NCBI GenBank assembly: GCA_963701295.1
Contig: OY969585.1
Span: 544,001-608,000, forward strand
Direction of reading: 5' to 3'
DNA: 64,000 bases
Source: Ignavibacteriota bacterium
GTDB taxonomy: Bacteria > Bacteroidota > Ignavibacteria > UBA10030
Shown: piece by piece, positions 49,067-58,595 of the stretch
How the letters are laid out: every line of letters begins with the position of its first letter
Numbering within the stretch: the first letter of the stretch is position 1
Notes under the pieces: generated by a model
Database searches by the model: none
What the model was told of the DNA's origin: nothing
Seen by the model: the letters and a program-made list of their open reading frames with translations, nothing else
Translations under genes and position numbers: made by a program

Positions 49067-51565
49067 CTATTTCAGTAGAAGCATCTTCTTATTTGAAATA
49101 AAGTTGCCGGCATTAAGGCTATAGAAATAGACACCTGAAGATAATTTACTTGCATCGAACCTGACAGATTTAAATCCTACATCCATATATGTATCAACAA
49201 GTGTCGCTACTTGTTGACCTAAAATGTTATACACGGACAGCTTTACGTTAGAAGCTTTAGGAATTGAAAAATTAATAACTGTCGTTGGATTAAAAGGATT
49301 CGGATAATTCTGAAACAGCGAATATCCTTTAGGCACTTCTTTTGTAGCCGATAGTACATCCGTTACTACCGCCGGAACGCCATACATAGATACTTCTGCA
49401 ATAGAATAATATGAGAGGCTGCTCTGTGCTTGCAGCAAAAAATTGACATAACGGCCGATGACATTGAGATTCGAGAAGGTTTCCACATAATTTGTTCCGC
49501 CTGTTCCGCTAAACACAGTTGCTATATTCGTCCAGGTACTTGAATCGCTAGAAATATAAATTTTATACGTTTTTGCATATGCCTTATTGCCCCAGTAAAT
49601 AATGAGTTTATTGACTGTATCCGCCATACCGAGATCGATCAGCACCGCCTGCGCTGTCGCCGATGAAGACTGCCATCTGGAATAATTGTTCCCGTCCACG
49701 ATAAAAGATGGATTGCTGTATTGATAACTCGCTGTGTCGTTTGAAGACACGGTCACAGTAGCTCCATACGCTCTGTCGACCTGATCCGGAGGCATAACCG
49801 TGACACTGATCGTCGACGAATCTTGCACATCCCCTTGTGAGCGCAAGATATATGTATTGCTCAATGTCGTCGGATAAACAATCAGCGAACCGACAACTTG
49901 CACGGTACCTGCATTGAGTGTGACAGTGGACCCTTTAACAGCATGCCATTGTAAAAGAGTACTCTCGCCCGTGCCGATTATGGAAGGAAAAGCAGTGAAC
50001 GATACGATTTTTCCCGAAGGTAAAACCGTTAGAACGATCATAGCCGTATCGTTGACCGTTCCGCTTGTGGTCAATGTATACGATGTTGTTATCAAAGGGT
50101 TCACTTTCATGCTGTCTTTCACTGCAACGATTGTTCCGTTTAATTTTACCGTTGACCCCGGTTCAACATCCCAGCGCAGGTACGTGCTGTCGGTCTTTTC
50201 AATGGTATTGCTTCGTGCGGCAAATGTATAGATTGTACCGGTTACCGGATTCGCCTCAATATCGTCATGATAATTCACATACATATATTTCAATGTTGTC
50301 CATGTATCCACTTCAGAATTTGTCATGCTGAAATCGGTATACGACCACATCATCGCGCCCGAATAACCGTTCGCATATAGATTAGGATAAAGATTCAGAT
50401 CACCTACTCCGTCCGTTGCCGTCATATGAAACTCCGCCGCCACAATGGGTTTTGTCAATCCCCAATAGGATGCAGGATGCAGAAATGGAGAAAATTGGGT
50501 TCCATCACCAGTATAGTAATGCACACAATAGAAATCCAACGTACCCAAACTGTCGCCTCCTACTGCAATAAGGCGATCGTCTTTATAATAGTTGTAGTTC
50601 GAGGACACCGCAACTGCCTGCAAATGTGCAACATATTCATTCGCAGTCAAATTGGTGCGATGATGGGCATTAAATGTGTTCGCAAGTTCCTGCTTTTCGG
50701 TGGATGACATTGAACTGAGTTTTTGTAGATCTGAAGTACTCGAAGTAGCGGAAGGAGTAACATCCGTTAATGTCTGGAATGTTACTGCCCCGCTGGTGAC
50801 AAGAGCATTCGGATCCGTGTGATGAATTGCTCCCGCCGTGAGATTGATAAATTGCTGAACCGATGCCATCGGAACATGATTTGTTGTCGACCAACCGAAT
50901 TCGTTTGTCAGACCTTCAGGCTCGTTGAAGATTTCCCATGACCCAATTGCCGGGTGACCTTTGACTGCATTGACCATCGGAATGAGTGCGTTCCGTATAT
51001 ATGTATTCGTATACGATGTATCCGTTAAGAGTTTTGCATTGCGATTCAGTTCTATTGAATTCAATTCGGATGTATTCAACATATCATGAGACCATAAACA
51101 GAGGATAAGACCGATATCATTCGCCTTTGCCATATCCAATATTGTTTTCAAGTTCGCAATGGCGACCGTTCCGGGACCGGTAACATATCCATTTGCATTA
51201 AATACCGGCGTCTGTGCACCGTTTGTATGCAGCCAGAACCGCATAACGTTGCCCCCGTACGAATGGACAGTCCGGAAAATTGTTTTAAATGATGCCGTAT
51301 CCACCGCAGTCGGTCCTAAATCGCCGGCAAAACTAACCCATGCGACATTAAGTCCGCTTATAAAAATATCTCTATTTGCATAATGGACTCTGTTGCCGGA
51401 AGCAGAGTACGATGTTTGATAAAAGGTAAAGAGCATTAAAATGCCCAAATATAATCCCTTTTTATAAAAAGATATTCCTAATAAATTGTTTTTCGCAGAT
51501 TTTCTCCAGAATATCTCAAAGAACGATTGAAACCGACCTTCCTCCTCGAACCTTTCGTAGTCCAT
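49067..51565 (-). CDS. GH5 beta-mannanase-like enzyme with Ig-like modules, F5/8 type C (CBM32-like) domain and T9SS tail
   Basis: GLNVAW, RFWLH, WEIFNEPEG, VHYY, KPIVAAEF; VDGNNYSRWQS; QNYPNPFNPTT; start uncertain. Confidence 0.82.
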   Translation of the reverse strand: MDYERFEEEGRFQSFFEIFWRKSAKNNLLGISFYKKGLYLGILMLFTFYQTSYSASGNRVHYANRDIFISGLNVAWVSFAGDLGPTAVDTASFKTIFRTVHSYGGNVMRFWLHTNGAQTPVFNANGYVTGPGTVAIANLKTILDMAKANDIGLILCLWSHDMLNTSELNSIELNRNAKLLTDTSYTNTYIRNALIPMVNAVKGHPAIGSWEIFNEPEGLTNEFGWSTTNHVPMASVQQFINLTAGAIHHTDPNALVTSGAVTFQTLTDVTPSATSSTSDLQKLSSMSSTEKQELANTFNAHHRTNLTANEYVAHLQAVAVSSNYNYYKDDRLIAVGGDSLGTLDFYCVHYYTGDGTQFSPFLHPASYWGLTKPIVAAEFHMTATDGVGDLNLYPNLYANGYSGAMMWSYTDFSMTNSEVDTWTTLKYMYVNYHDDIEANPVTGTIYTFAARSNTIEKTDSTYLRWDVEPGSTVKLNGTIVAVKDSMKVNPLITTSYTLTTSGTVNDTAMIVLTVLPSGKIVSFTAFPSIIGTGESTLLQWHAVKGSTVTLNAGTVQVVGSLIVYPTTLSNTYILRSQGDVQDSSTISVTVMPPDQVDRAYGATVTVSSNDTASYQYSNPSFIVDGNNYSRWQSSSATAQAVLIDLGMADTVNKLIIYWGNKAYAKTYKIYISSDSSTWTNIATVFSGTGGTNYVETFSNLNVIGRYVNFLLQAQSSLSYYSIAEVSMYGVPAVVTDVLSATKEVPKGYSLFQNYPNPFNPTTVINFSIPKASNVKLSVYNILGQQVATLVDTYMDVGFKSVRFDASKLSSGVYFYSLNAGNFISNKKMLLLK

Positions 51566-51619
51566 TATTCCCTTTCTATTTATAACTGCTCCATCCCTTC
51601 TATTGCATAACAACAAAAA

Positions 51620-53245
51620 TCACTTTCCAATATATTTTTTCAATGTCGCTTCCAAATTTTGTCCTGTTAAATCTTTTCCTTTTGCAACGACAATACCTTT
51701 CGGATCAATCAGGATTCTTTCCGGAACACCGATGACATGATATTTTCTCGCAAGAGGATGATATTCACCTCCTAAAAAGGCGTTCATCCATGGCATTTCC
51801 CATTTGGTCTTTCTGAACTGAATCACTGCTTGACTTGAAGAATCCATCGAAAGACTGAATATCTGAAGCTTCTTTTCGTAGAGTTCGAACAGCGCATACA
51901 GCACTTTCATATCATTCATGCATGTTGGACTCCAAGAAGCCCAGAAGTCGATTAAACAATATTTCCCTCTGAAGAAATCATTCGTTATAATCTTTGTCGA
52001 ATCATCCATCAATGGAACAGAAAAAGGCAAAGCAGATTCTCCTATAACATTCTCGAACTGGTATGGAAATTGCTCACGAGCCTCTTTCCCTTCCGGTGTA
52101 TCAGCATATTGATTAACAAGAAGTTTGTAATAATAAGCTGTTTTTTCCATATTTTCCGAAAATTTTGAAATCATAAACATATCGTATAACAAAATAGACT
52201 TTATTCTTCTATTTTGATTATTCTTTAAAACACATTCAACAAATTCTTCCTGTTTCTCTTTTGAGAGATTCGAATGCGTGAGTGCATATTGGAGATTGTG
52301 TGGATACAATATCCAAAATGGAGAGACGGGATCTATATCTTTGAGCATGGAAGTATAATATTTTGGATCCCCTACCCTATTACGGACGGCGATCATCATC
52401 TCTATCATTCGTAATTGTTTCCGCAATGCGGTATCAGTTTCCGAAGAAATACATTTTGCAATATATTCTTTCGTTGGAGACCAATCGTATGTTTCGCTCT
52501 GCTTCCTTTCATATACAGCAACAAAATAAAGCGAATCATTCCTATCGATACTCTTTTGAAAGTAATCAGCATAAAGTGTAAATTTCGAAACGCGTGAAAG
52601 CGAATCATCTAACGTTATTCCATATCTTTTACCGTAACTTGGAAATTCTCGTGGATCAAAAACCACATTTACTTTGCCATTCCGAGCAGAAACTACCGAA
52701 CAATATCCCTGTTTTTCGTTCCACACATAACGTTCGGCTTGTGTCCCTGCGACCGGTCCATCCCAGCAGACATTAATCAGTTTGTAGACAACCGTATCTT
52801 CTTTAGTATCAAACTCGCCGCTGTATTTCCCATTTCCTTGTTTCTTCAACTTTATTGCATTTGGAGCATACCAAAGATTAAGTTTACTAACCATTCCGAC
52901 TTGATCGAAATCTTTTCGAAAATTAGAGGCTTGCAAACGAACATCGAGATGGATGGCTTTTTCTTTTTCAAGATACAATGCCACATAATAATCTCTGTGA
53001 TATAAACCCAAAAATCGCAGCATCCATGGGCCGGACTTTTGAACCTCAATTTCGTATGCCCCATCCTTCCCCGCATCCACTTGTTTCTCAATGATGCAAT
53101 CTGGAAATTGTCCAAGAATCACTTTTGCTGCAACCATCGGTTTACCGTCCGACCCGGAAATGACACCGTGTACAACCGTTTGTGACTCAAGAGAAAATGA
53201 AAAAATGATTATTAGAAACAATAAAATTCGGATTTTCAATATCAC
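51620..53245 (-). CDS. Exported TlpA/thioredoxin-like domain protein (SxxC)
   Basis: IDFWASWSPTC, GVPERILIDPKG; N-terminal carboxypeptidase-regulatory-like domain. Confidence 0.82.
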   Translation of the reverse strand: MILKIRILLFLIIIFSFSLESQTVVHGVISGSDGKPMVAAKVILGQFPDCIIEKQVDAGKDGAYEIEVQKSGPWMLRFLGLYHRDYYVALYLEKEKAIHLDVRLQASNFRKDFDQVGMVSKLNLWYAPNAIKLKKQGNGKYSGEFDTKEDTVVYKLINVCWDGPVAGTQAERYVWNEKQGYCSVVSARNGKVNVVFDPREFPSYGKRYGITLDDSLSRVSKFTLYADYFQKSIDRNDSLYFVAVYERKQSETYDWSPTKEYIAKCISSETDTALRKQLRMIEMMIAVRNRVGDPKYYTSMLKDIDPVSPFWILYPHNLQYALTHSNLSKEKQEEFVECVLKNNQNRRIKSILLYDMFMISKFSENMEKTAYYYKLLVNQYADTPEGKEAREQFPYQFENVIGESALPFSVPLMDDSTKIITNDFFRGKYCLIDFWASWSPTCMNDMKVLYALFELYEKKLQIFSLSMDSSSQAVIQFRKTKWEMPWMNAFLGGEYHPLARKYHVIGVPERILIDPKGIVVAKGKDLTGQNLEATLKKYIGK

Positions 53246-53330
53246 TTTTTTTAATGTTTTATTTCTTTCTTACACATCGAACTTGACTATAGTGACTTCT
53301 CTTGCTGAATATAAACTTTTTCCCCCCATT

Positions 53331-53372
53331 AAACAAAAAGACCGGATAATTAGTACATTGCCCGGTCTTTTC
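53331..53372. terminator. Stem-loop terminator
   Basis: AAAAGACCGG...CCGGTCTTTT. Confidence 0.65.
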
Positions 53373-53417
53373 ATTTTTTACCATTTCAATTTAAATCACA
53401 AAATGGATTTCTTCCTT

Positions 53418-55148
53418 TTACTTCATCATAACCATTTTCTTTACAAGAAGTTGATTACCTGCTTGCAGGCTATAGAAATATACACCGCTCGCAAATTTGC
53501 TTCCGTCGAATGTTACGGCATGATCGCCGGCACTTTGCATACCGGATATTAGAGTTTCGACTTCCTGTCCGAGGATATTAAATACTTTCAAATTGACTGT
53601 TCCCATAGTCGAAAGAGAATATTTAATCTGTGTTGTTGGGTTGAAAGGATTCGGATAATTCTGACCAAGAGAATACTTATTTGGAATAACGGTTTGAGTT
53701 CCCTTTACGGAAGTAACAATCCCTCCGGTATGAGTCAAGTCATTTTCAGAACTCCACGATGCTTTTTGTGTTGGGAACCAACGCAAATCACCGATCGGGA
53801 ATGAAAAATAGCCGCCTTTTGCAAGTGTATCGTTTGCATAGGCAAGATTTTCCGTAAACGGCCAAACTAAGGCTTGATAATCCGGTTTGTACATCCAGTT
53901 GACATTTCCACCGGCGCCATACCGTGCTTTTAAGAATGACCATATGCTGTCATAGTTCGTCGGTTCCACTTGAAATCGAGGATTGTATATTCCCGTGTTA
54001 TCATCATCAATAAGGTTATTGACTGACTTGCAATTTCCGCCAAGTGTATAAAGCGACTTGTCAAAGAATGCGGCGCTGCGATCATTCATCCACGGCTCAG
54101 GCAAAATAATGCGTTGTCCATAATCTGGTGCAGTAATCGGTACTGTATCGTTATAGGCCGCATAGAATGTATCAAACCACGGCTCTCTATAATTGGCGTT
54201 ATTGGCAATAACAAGGATACGTTTATTTTCTGTTGTGCCATTTGTAACATCGATAGCTCTGTTACATGTATCAATATTAAGCACGCCATACAGTTGATTA
54301 TCCAAATCTTGACCAGCACGATCCGCATAACGTTCTCCAGTATAATGGCAATTTACAAACAAATTGTTTGTAACATAGGCGTGATACCAATAGCTTTCCT
54401 GAATGGCAAACTTCGAAACGTTCAAGAAGGTATTATGGTTATAATATGCATAACCTATATACTGTCCTTGCGTTTGAATTCCAAAGCCCACGTTGTAATA
54501 GCTGCAATTTTCGCTGTAACAGGTATCTCCTGTTGCGACATTTACATTATAATAAATAGAACGCCCTCCCCACCACTGACTGGGATCGACGCAATTCCTG
54601 ATAATGCAATTTGTGAACCAAGAATTAAAATGATGCCCATTCGTAATGATAGTGGGAGCTTGGTCCAAATCAAAAATGCAATTATCGAACCTGCAATACG
54701 TACTGTCGTTATTGAAAGTCATTTGAATCCACGACTGCGCACCGGTATTATCTTCATATGAAAACCAAACATTCGTTGCTATTATAGAACCATAGCAGTT
54801 AAAATTCGACGTATAATAAACGCCAGAAACATATCCGGGCTGAATCATCGCCATACTGGTCGAAGGATCATTCCCCGGTATTTCGCCGTATAATCTAACG
54901 ACACGGTGTTTATTAGTTACAATGGAACCGTTTAAAAGGTAAATATAACCCTTATGCAATCCATAGATTCTATTCGGATATGCTGCAGTTCCATCAGGAA
55001 GCGTGTCTCCAGCAATAACAGTGTTGATATCGCCCAGCGCATACGAATCGATCCATAAAGTATCGCCTGATTGATGAGTTGTCTGTGCGGGTAACTTTGT
55101 AAGCCCCAAACATAGCAAAACAGCCAAATATAATACACTTTTTTTCAT
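53418..55148 (-). CDS. T9SS-secreted protein with probable beta-helix
   Basis: Signal peptide, FDNCIF/FTNCII/NHNTF/TNNLF repeats, PIGDLRW, QNYPNPFNPTT tail. Confidence 0.8.
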   Translation of the reverse strand: MKKSVLYLAVLLCLGLTKLPAQTTHQSGDTLWIDSYALGDINTVIAGDTLPDGTAAYPNRIYGLHKGYIYLLNGSIVTNKHRVVRLYGEIPGNDPSTSMAMIQPGYVSGVYYTSNFNCYGSIIATNVWFSYEDNTGAQSWIQMTFNNDSTYCRFDNCIFDLDQAPTIITNGHHFNSWFTNCIIRNCVDPSQWWGGRSIYYNVNVATGDTCYSENCSYYNVGFGIQTQGQYIGYAYYNHNTFLNVSKFAIQESYWYHAYVTNNLFVNCHYTGERYADRAGQDLDNQLYGVLNIDTCNRAIDVTNGTTENKRILVIANNANYREPWFDTFYAAYNDTVPITAPDYGQRIILPEPWMNDRSAAFFDKSLYTLGGNCKSVNNLIDDDNTGIYNPRFQVEPTNYDSIWSFLKARYGAGGNVNWMYKPDYQALVWPFTENLAYANDTLAKGGYFSFPIGDLRWFPTQKASWSSENDLTHTGGIVTSVKGTQTVIPNKYSLGQNYPNPFNPTTQIKYSLSTMGTVNLKVFNILGQEVETLISGMQSAGDHAVTFDGSKFASGVYFYSLQAGNQLLVKKMVMMK

Positions 55149-55254
55149 TGTTCTTCTCCTTTGAAGTTTGTTTATTGTATAAAAAACACGTTGAATCGTT
55201 TGGGCTTTTTTACCTCCTTTCTACTTCTTGAAAATAATATGTTTTTTTTATTCA

Positions 55255-58200
55255 TTAAAATATATATCGAACACCTATGTCAACCGTCAAACCATAGAAC
55301 TGTTCCGATGATATTGCACCAACCCTGGCATTCCTTGAAATATTAGCCTGTTCTGTAAGATTAGTTCCATTCAAATACAACTCCAACCCTTTCCAAGGCA
55401 ATTGTTGCCTAAGAGATACATCTAACTGAGAATAGGGGTCATTATCGCCATCTGTTTCAGGCCGTAAAGCGATATACCCGATGGTTTTACCTTGGTACAA
55501 GTATGATATTCTGCCTGAGAAACCTTTATAGTCGTATCCCAAGGTGACATTGAAAATATCGTTCGGTTGGTTTACCAATGGACCAGCTGTGGATGAATCA
55601 ATAAAATTAGTTACTGATAGTTTAGGGGTTGGATGAGTCGTTACAGCCATTTTAAGAGGATAGATAGCATTGGACTGGATATGGGTATAATTGACATTAA
55701 AGACCAAGCCATTGAGTGGGGCTGGCAAATACCAAAAACGAGTTTGCCAATCCACTTCAACTCCTTTTAAATATGCATTGTTCGTTAAGTTGACCCAGGA
55801 ATTTACCTGAGTCGAGCCGAGATTTACATTTACTAAATTATTATATAAGTTCTTAAAATACGATGCACTCTCGAATCCTTTTGGTGTTAATGAATCAGGA
55901 AATATATTATATTGGGTTGCATAGATAAAGTTCTTGATAGTTTTATAGAACCCGCTCACCGAAAATAATCCGATCATGTTGCCATGCACAGTAAACATTA
56001 CGTCATGATTATATGATTCTGCGGGTATAAGATTCGGATTGCCAGTATAAATATTTGCACTCGTATTATCTTCAAGAAGGTACGGTGAGTTTGCCGTATA
56101 ACTCGGACGCGCAAGAGTCTGTGTATACGCATAACGAATGTCTATATTTTCAGATACATCATATTTTGCCTGTATATCCGGCAGCCAATAATGATTTTCA
56201 GTATTTGAGTGGACAGTCAGATACTGCTGTCCCACAGGACTTTCAGTCGCCTTCATTGCATACGCAGTGAATTTCGTTACATCTTCTTCAAATCTTGCAC
56301 CTCCCGTAACAGAGAAACTTGTACCAATATTCAACTCAGCCATCGAATAGGCAGCAGAGCGTTTTTCATTATTTATATAATCGTTTGCCACAATTTGCCA
56401 TGGCCCATTATACCATGATTCGTTGTTGTTAAAATTATTTAGATATGCTTTATCGCTTTCAACAAAATTCATCATATCACCGAGTACACCGTTAGTAGGC
56501 GCCCAAATAAGGTTTCCCCATCGGTTGCCTAAAAAATTTGAAATCAGACTCTGTTGATTCTTCGCGGCAAAATTATATGCCCAAAAAGTGCCAGCTCCAT
56601 TATTGGGGTCACGTATTAATTGGCTAAATTCCGGTTGTGCCGCAATCCTATCGTTAAAACCTCTACTGCCGCCATAAAACGGCTCAGCATACGGATTATC
56701 TTGATTGTTATCGCGATCATTACTTTGGAATTTGCCTCCGAATTTAAAATAACCCGAAATATCTGTCGTTAACGTAAACGGTATTTTAAAATTGATGGCA
56801 TACGTTTGTCCATTATCTTTAAAGAAGTACGATCCATCACCCAACTCATAAAGGCGTGTAGTTGTATCAAATGACGCCCCTGTAGTTGCGATAAGATATT
56901 CAGGGGTTTGATTTACAAGAGCATGTGCACTTATAGATTTCAAAGCACTCTGATCCCAGAAGAGGAATGTAAAATCATGTGGCACGGTTTGCTGCGTAAA
57001 AGAATTTGAAACGCTAAAATCTGCAGAAACAAAGCCAAAATCGTACTTACCTTGAACCGAATTCGTTGCTGCATCAGTTGTGCCTTTACCATACCGTAAT
57101 GTATAATCAATGTTTTGACCGCTGTAATCGTAATTTGTCGTATAGTCAGTCGAATTTGAAATCAGTTTGCTGCCCATGTTGATTATCGAAATCGAACCTT
57201 CAGGCAGTTTAAAATCGAGGATTAAATTAGCTCCATAACGCGTCCGTGTTTCATCATGCCTATCCAGTTGAATATTATTAAGCGAAACATTGGCTATTCC
57301 TGTATTTTGATTGACAGATGTTACAGAATAACCGGAACTGAGATTATCCGCACTTCGGTCATACTGTTCTGCATTAGCAAGAAAGTATACGCCCATAACA
57401 TCGTTAAAAAATCTGTCGCTTACATCACCTGTAGCCCTGAAGTTATTATACGTATTTGATTTATGAACATAACCGCTTTGCCATTTCAAATCAGTGTGGA
57501 ATCCGCTCGGAGCTTCACGGAGCTGCATGTTGATATAACCACCGACTGCATCTGCTTCCATATCCGGCAAAAGCGTTTTATGGACCTCAATGGACTGTAA
57601 CATATTAGGACTGATCATCGAAATATCTGTGCTTCGATCCTGCGATTGTGACTTATTAGGATATGCAGGGTCATTGTTATTTAAACCTGAAGCATCACCT
57701 GTGCCGCCCAAAGTAATACCGTTGATAGCCACTAAATTATATTGAGGGTCAACGCCGCGGATAACGACTTTGCTGGCCTCACCGGAATTTCGCATTGTCG
57801 AAACACCGGGCAGACGTCCAATTGCTTCTGCTGCGTTGGCATCCGGCAATTCCTGTATTTTCGCTTGAGAAACAATGTTTACCATATTTTTCGCGGCAAG
57901 CTGTTGGTTGATCGCCTCAATCTGTCCTTGTGCCTGAGCCGTCACTGTAACGACTTCACCGACGATAACTTCTGTGAGCAAACTAAAATTTTCTTCTTTC
58001 ACTTCTCCACTTGTCACAGTTACCTCGCGGGTATCTTTTTTGTAACCCACATAGGAAACTTTTAATGTATATGTTCCGGCGGGAACATTTTTTATGACGT
58101 AGTTTCCTTCATTATCTGTAGCTGCGCCCAAGCTCGAATTTTGAATAACTATATTTACTCCAATTAACTCATCCCCTTTTTCTTTATCAAGAACACGTCC

Positions 58201-58308
58201 CTTTATCGTACCGCTGCCTTGAGCGAAAGCAACCTGAAGAACGAAAACAAAACTAAGACACAAAACAAGAAACAAACAGTCAAACATCCGCAATTTTTGA
58301 ATTGCCAT
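55255..58308 (-). CDS. TonB-dependent receptor with N-terminal carboxypeptidase-regulatory-like domain
   Basis: GTIKGRV, ELPDANAAEAIGRLPGVS plug, YTQTLARP, terminal Phe. Confidence 0.93.
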   Translation of the reverse strand: MAIQKLRMFDCLFLVLCLSFVFVLQVAFAQGSGTIKGRVLDKEKGDELIGVNIVIQNSSLGAATDNEGNYVIKNVPAGTYTLKVSYVGYKKDTREVTVTSGEVKEENFSLLTEVIVGEVVTVTAQAQGQIEAINQQLAAKNMVNIVSQAKIQELPDANAAEAIGRLPGVSTMRNSGEASKVVIRGVDPQYNLVAINGITLGGTGDASGLNNNDPAYPNKSQSQDRSTDISMISPNMLQSIEVHKTLLPDMEADAVGGYINMQLREAPSGFHTDLKWQSGYVHKSNTYNNFRATGDVSDRFFNDVMGVYFLANAEQYDRSADNLSSGYSVTSVNQNTGIANVSLNNIQLDRHDETRTRYGANLILDFKLPEGSISIINMGSKLISNSTDYTTNYDYSGQNIDYTLRYGKGTTDAATNSVQGKYDFGFVSADFSVSNSFTQQTVPHDFTFLFWDQSALKSISAHALVNQTPEYLIATTGASFDTTTRLYELGDGSYFFKDNGQTYAINFKIPFTLTTDISGYFKFGGKFQSNDRDNNQDNPYAEPFYGGSRGFNDRIAAQPEFSQLIRDPNNGAGTFWAYNFAAKNQQSLISNFLGNRWGNLIWAPTNGVLGDMMNFVESDKAYLNNFNNNESWYNGPWQIVANDYINNEKRSAAYSMAELNIGTSFSVTGGARFEEDVTKFTAYAMKATESPVGQQYLTVHSNTENHYWLPDIQAKYDVSENIDIRYAYTQTLARPSYTANSPYLLEDNTSANIYTGNPNLIPAESYNHDVMFTVHGNMIGLFSVSGFYKTIKNFIYATQYNIFPDSLTPKGFESASYFKNLYNNLVNVNLGSTQVNSWVNLTNNAYLKGVEVDWQTRFWYLPAPLNGLVFNVNYTHIQSNAIYPLKMAVTTHPTPKLSVTNFIDSSTAGPLVNQPNDIFNVTLGYDYKGFSGRISYLYQGKTIGYIALRPETDGDNDPYSQLDVSLRQQLPWKGLELYLNGTNLTEQANISRNARVGAISSEQFYGLTVDIGVRYIF

Positions 58309-58533
58309 ATTAATCTCCTCTTCTTTTATCTGATTCTATCGCCCTATAGAATGATCATTCAAATCCATGCTTACAGCATTTAAAAAATTCGAACGATTGA
58401 TATGAACCTTGCAATAAGTACAAAGAACCAAGACAAACCCTGCGCAACATCACCCTGCGCTTTAGAACTTCATGCATAGCGTTTAATAAAAAATACTCGA
58501 GACAAGCTTTCCACGCATAAACAAAAGCGGCAT

Positions 58534-58556
58534 TGGCGGCATCTTGGATGCCGCCA
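58534..58556. other. Perfect hairpin between T9SS gene and TonB receptor gene
   Basis: TGGCGGCATC-TTG-GATGCCGCCA. Confidence 0.5.
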
Positions 58557-58595
58557 TATTCGCATTTACTGAAACATTTGAAACGATATTACTAA

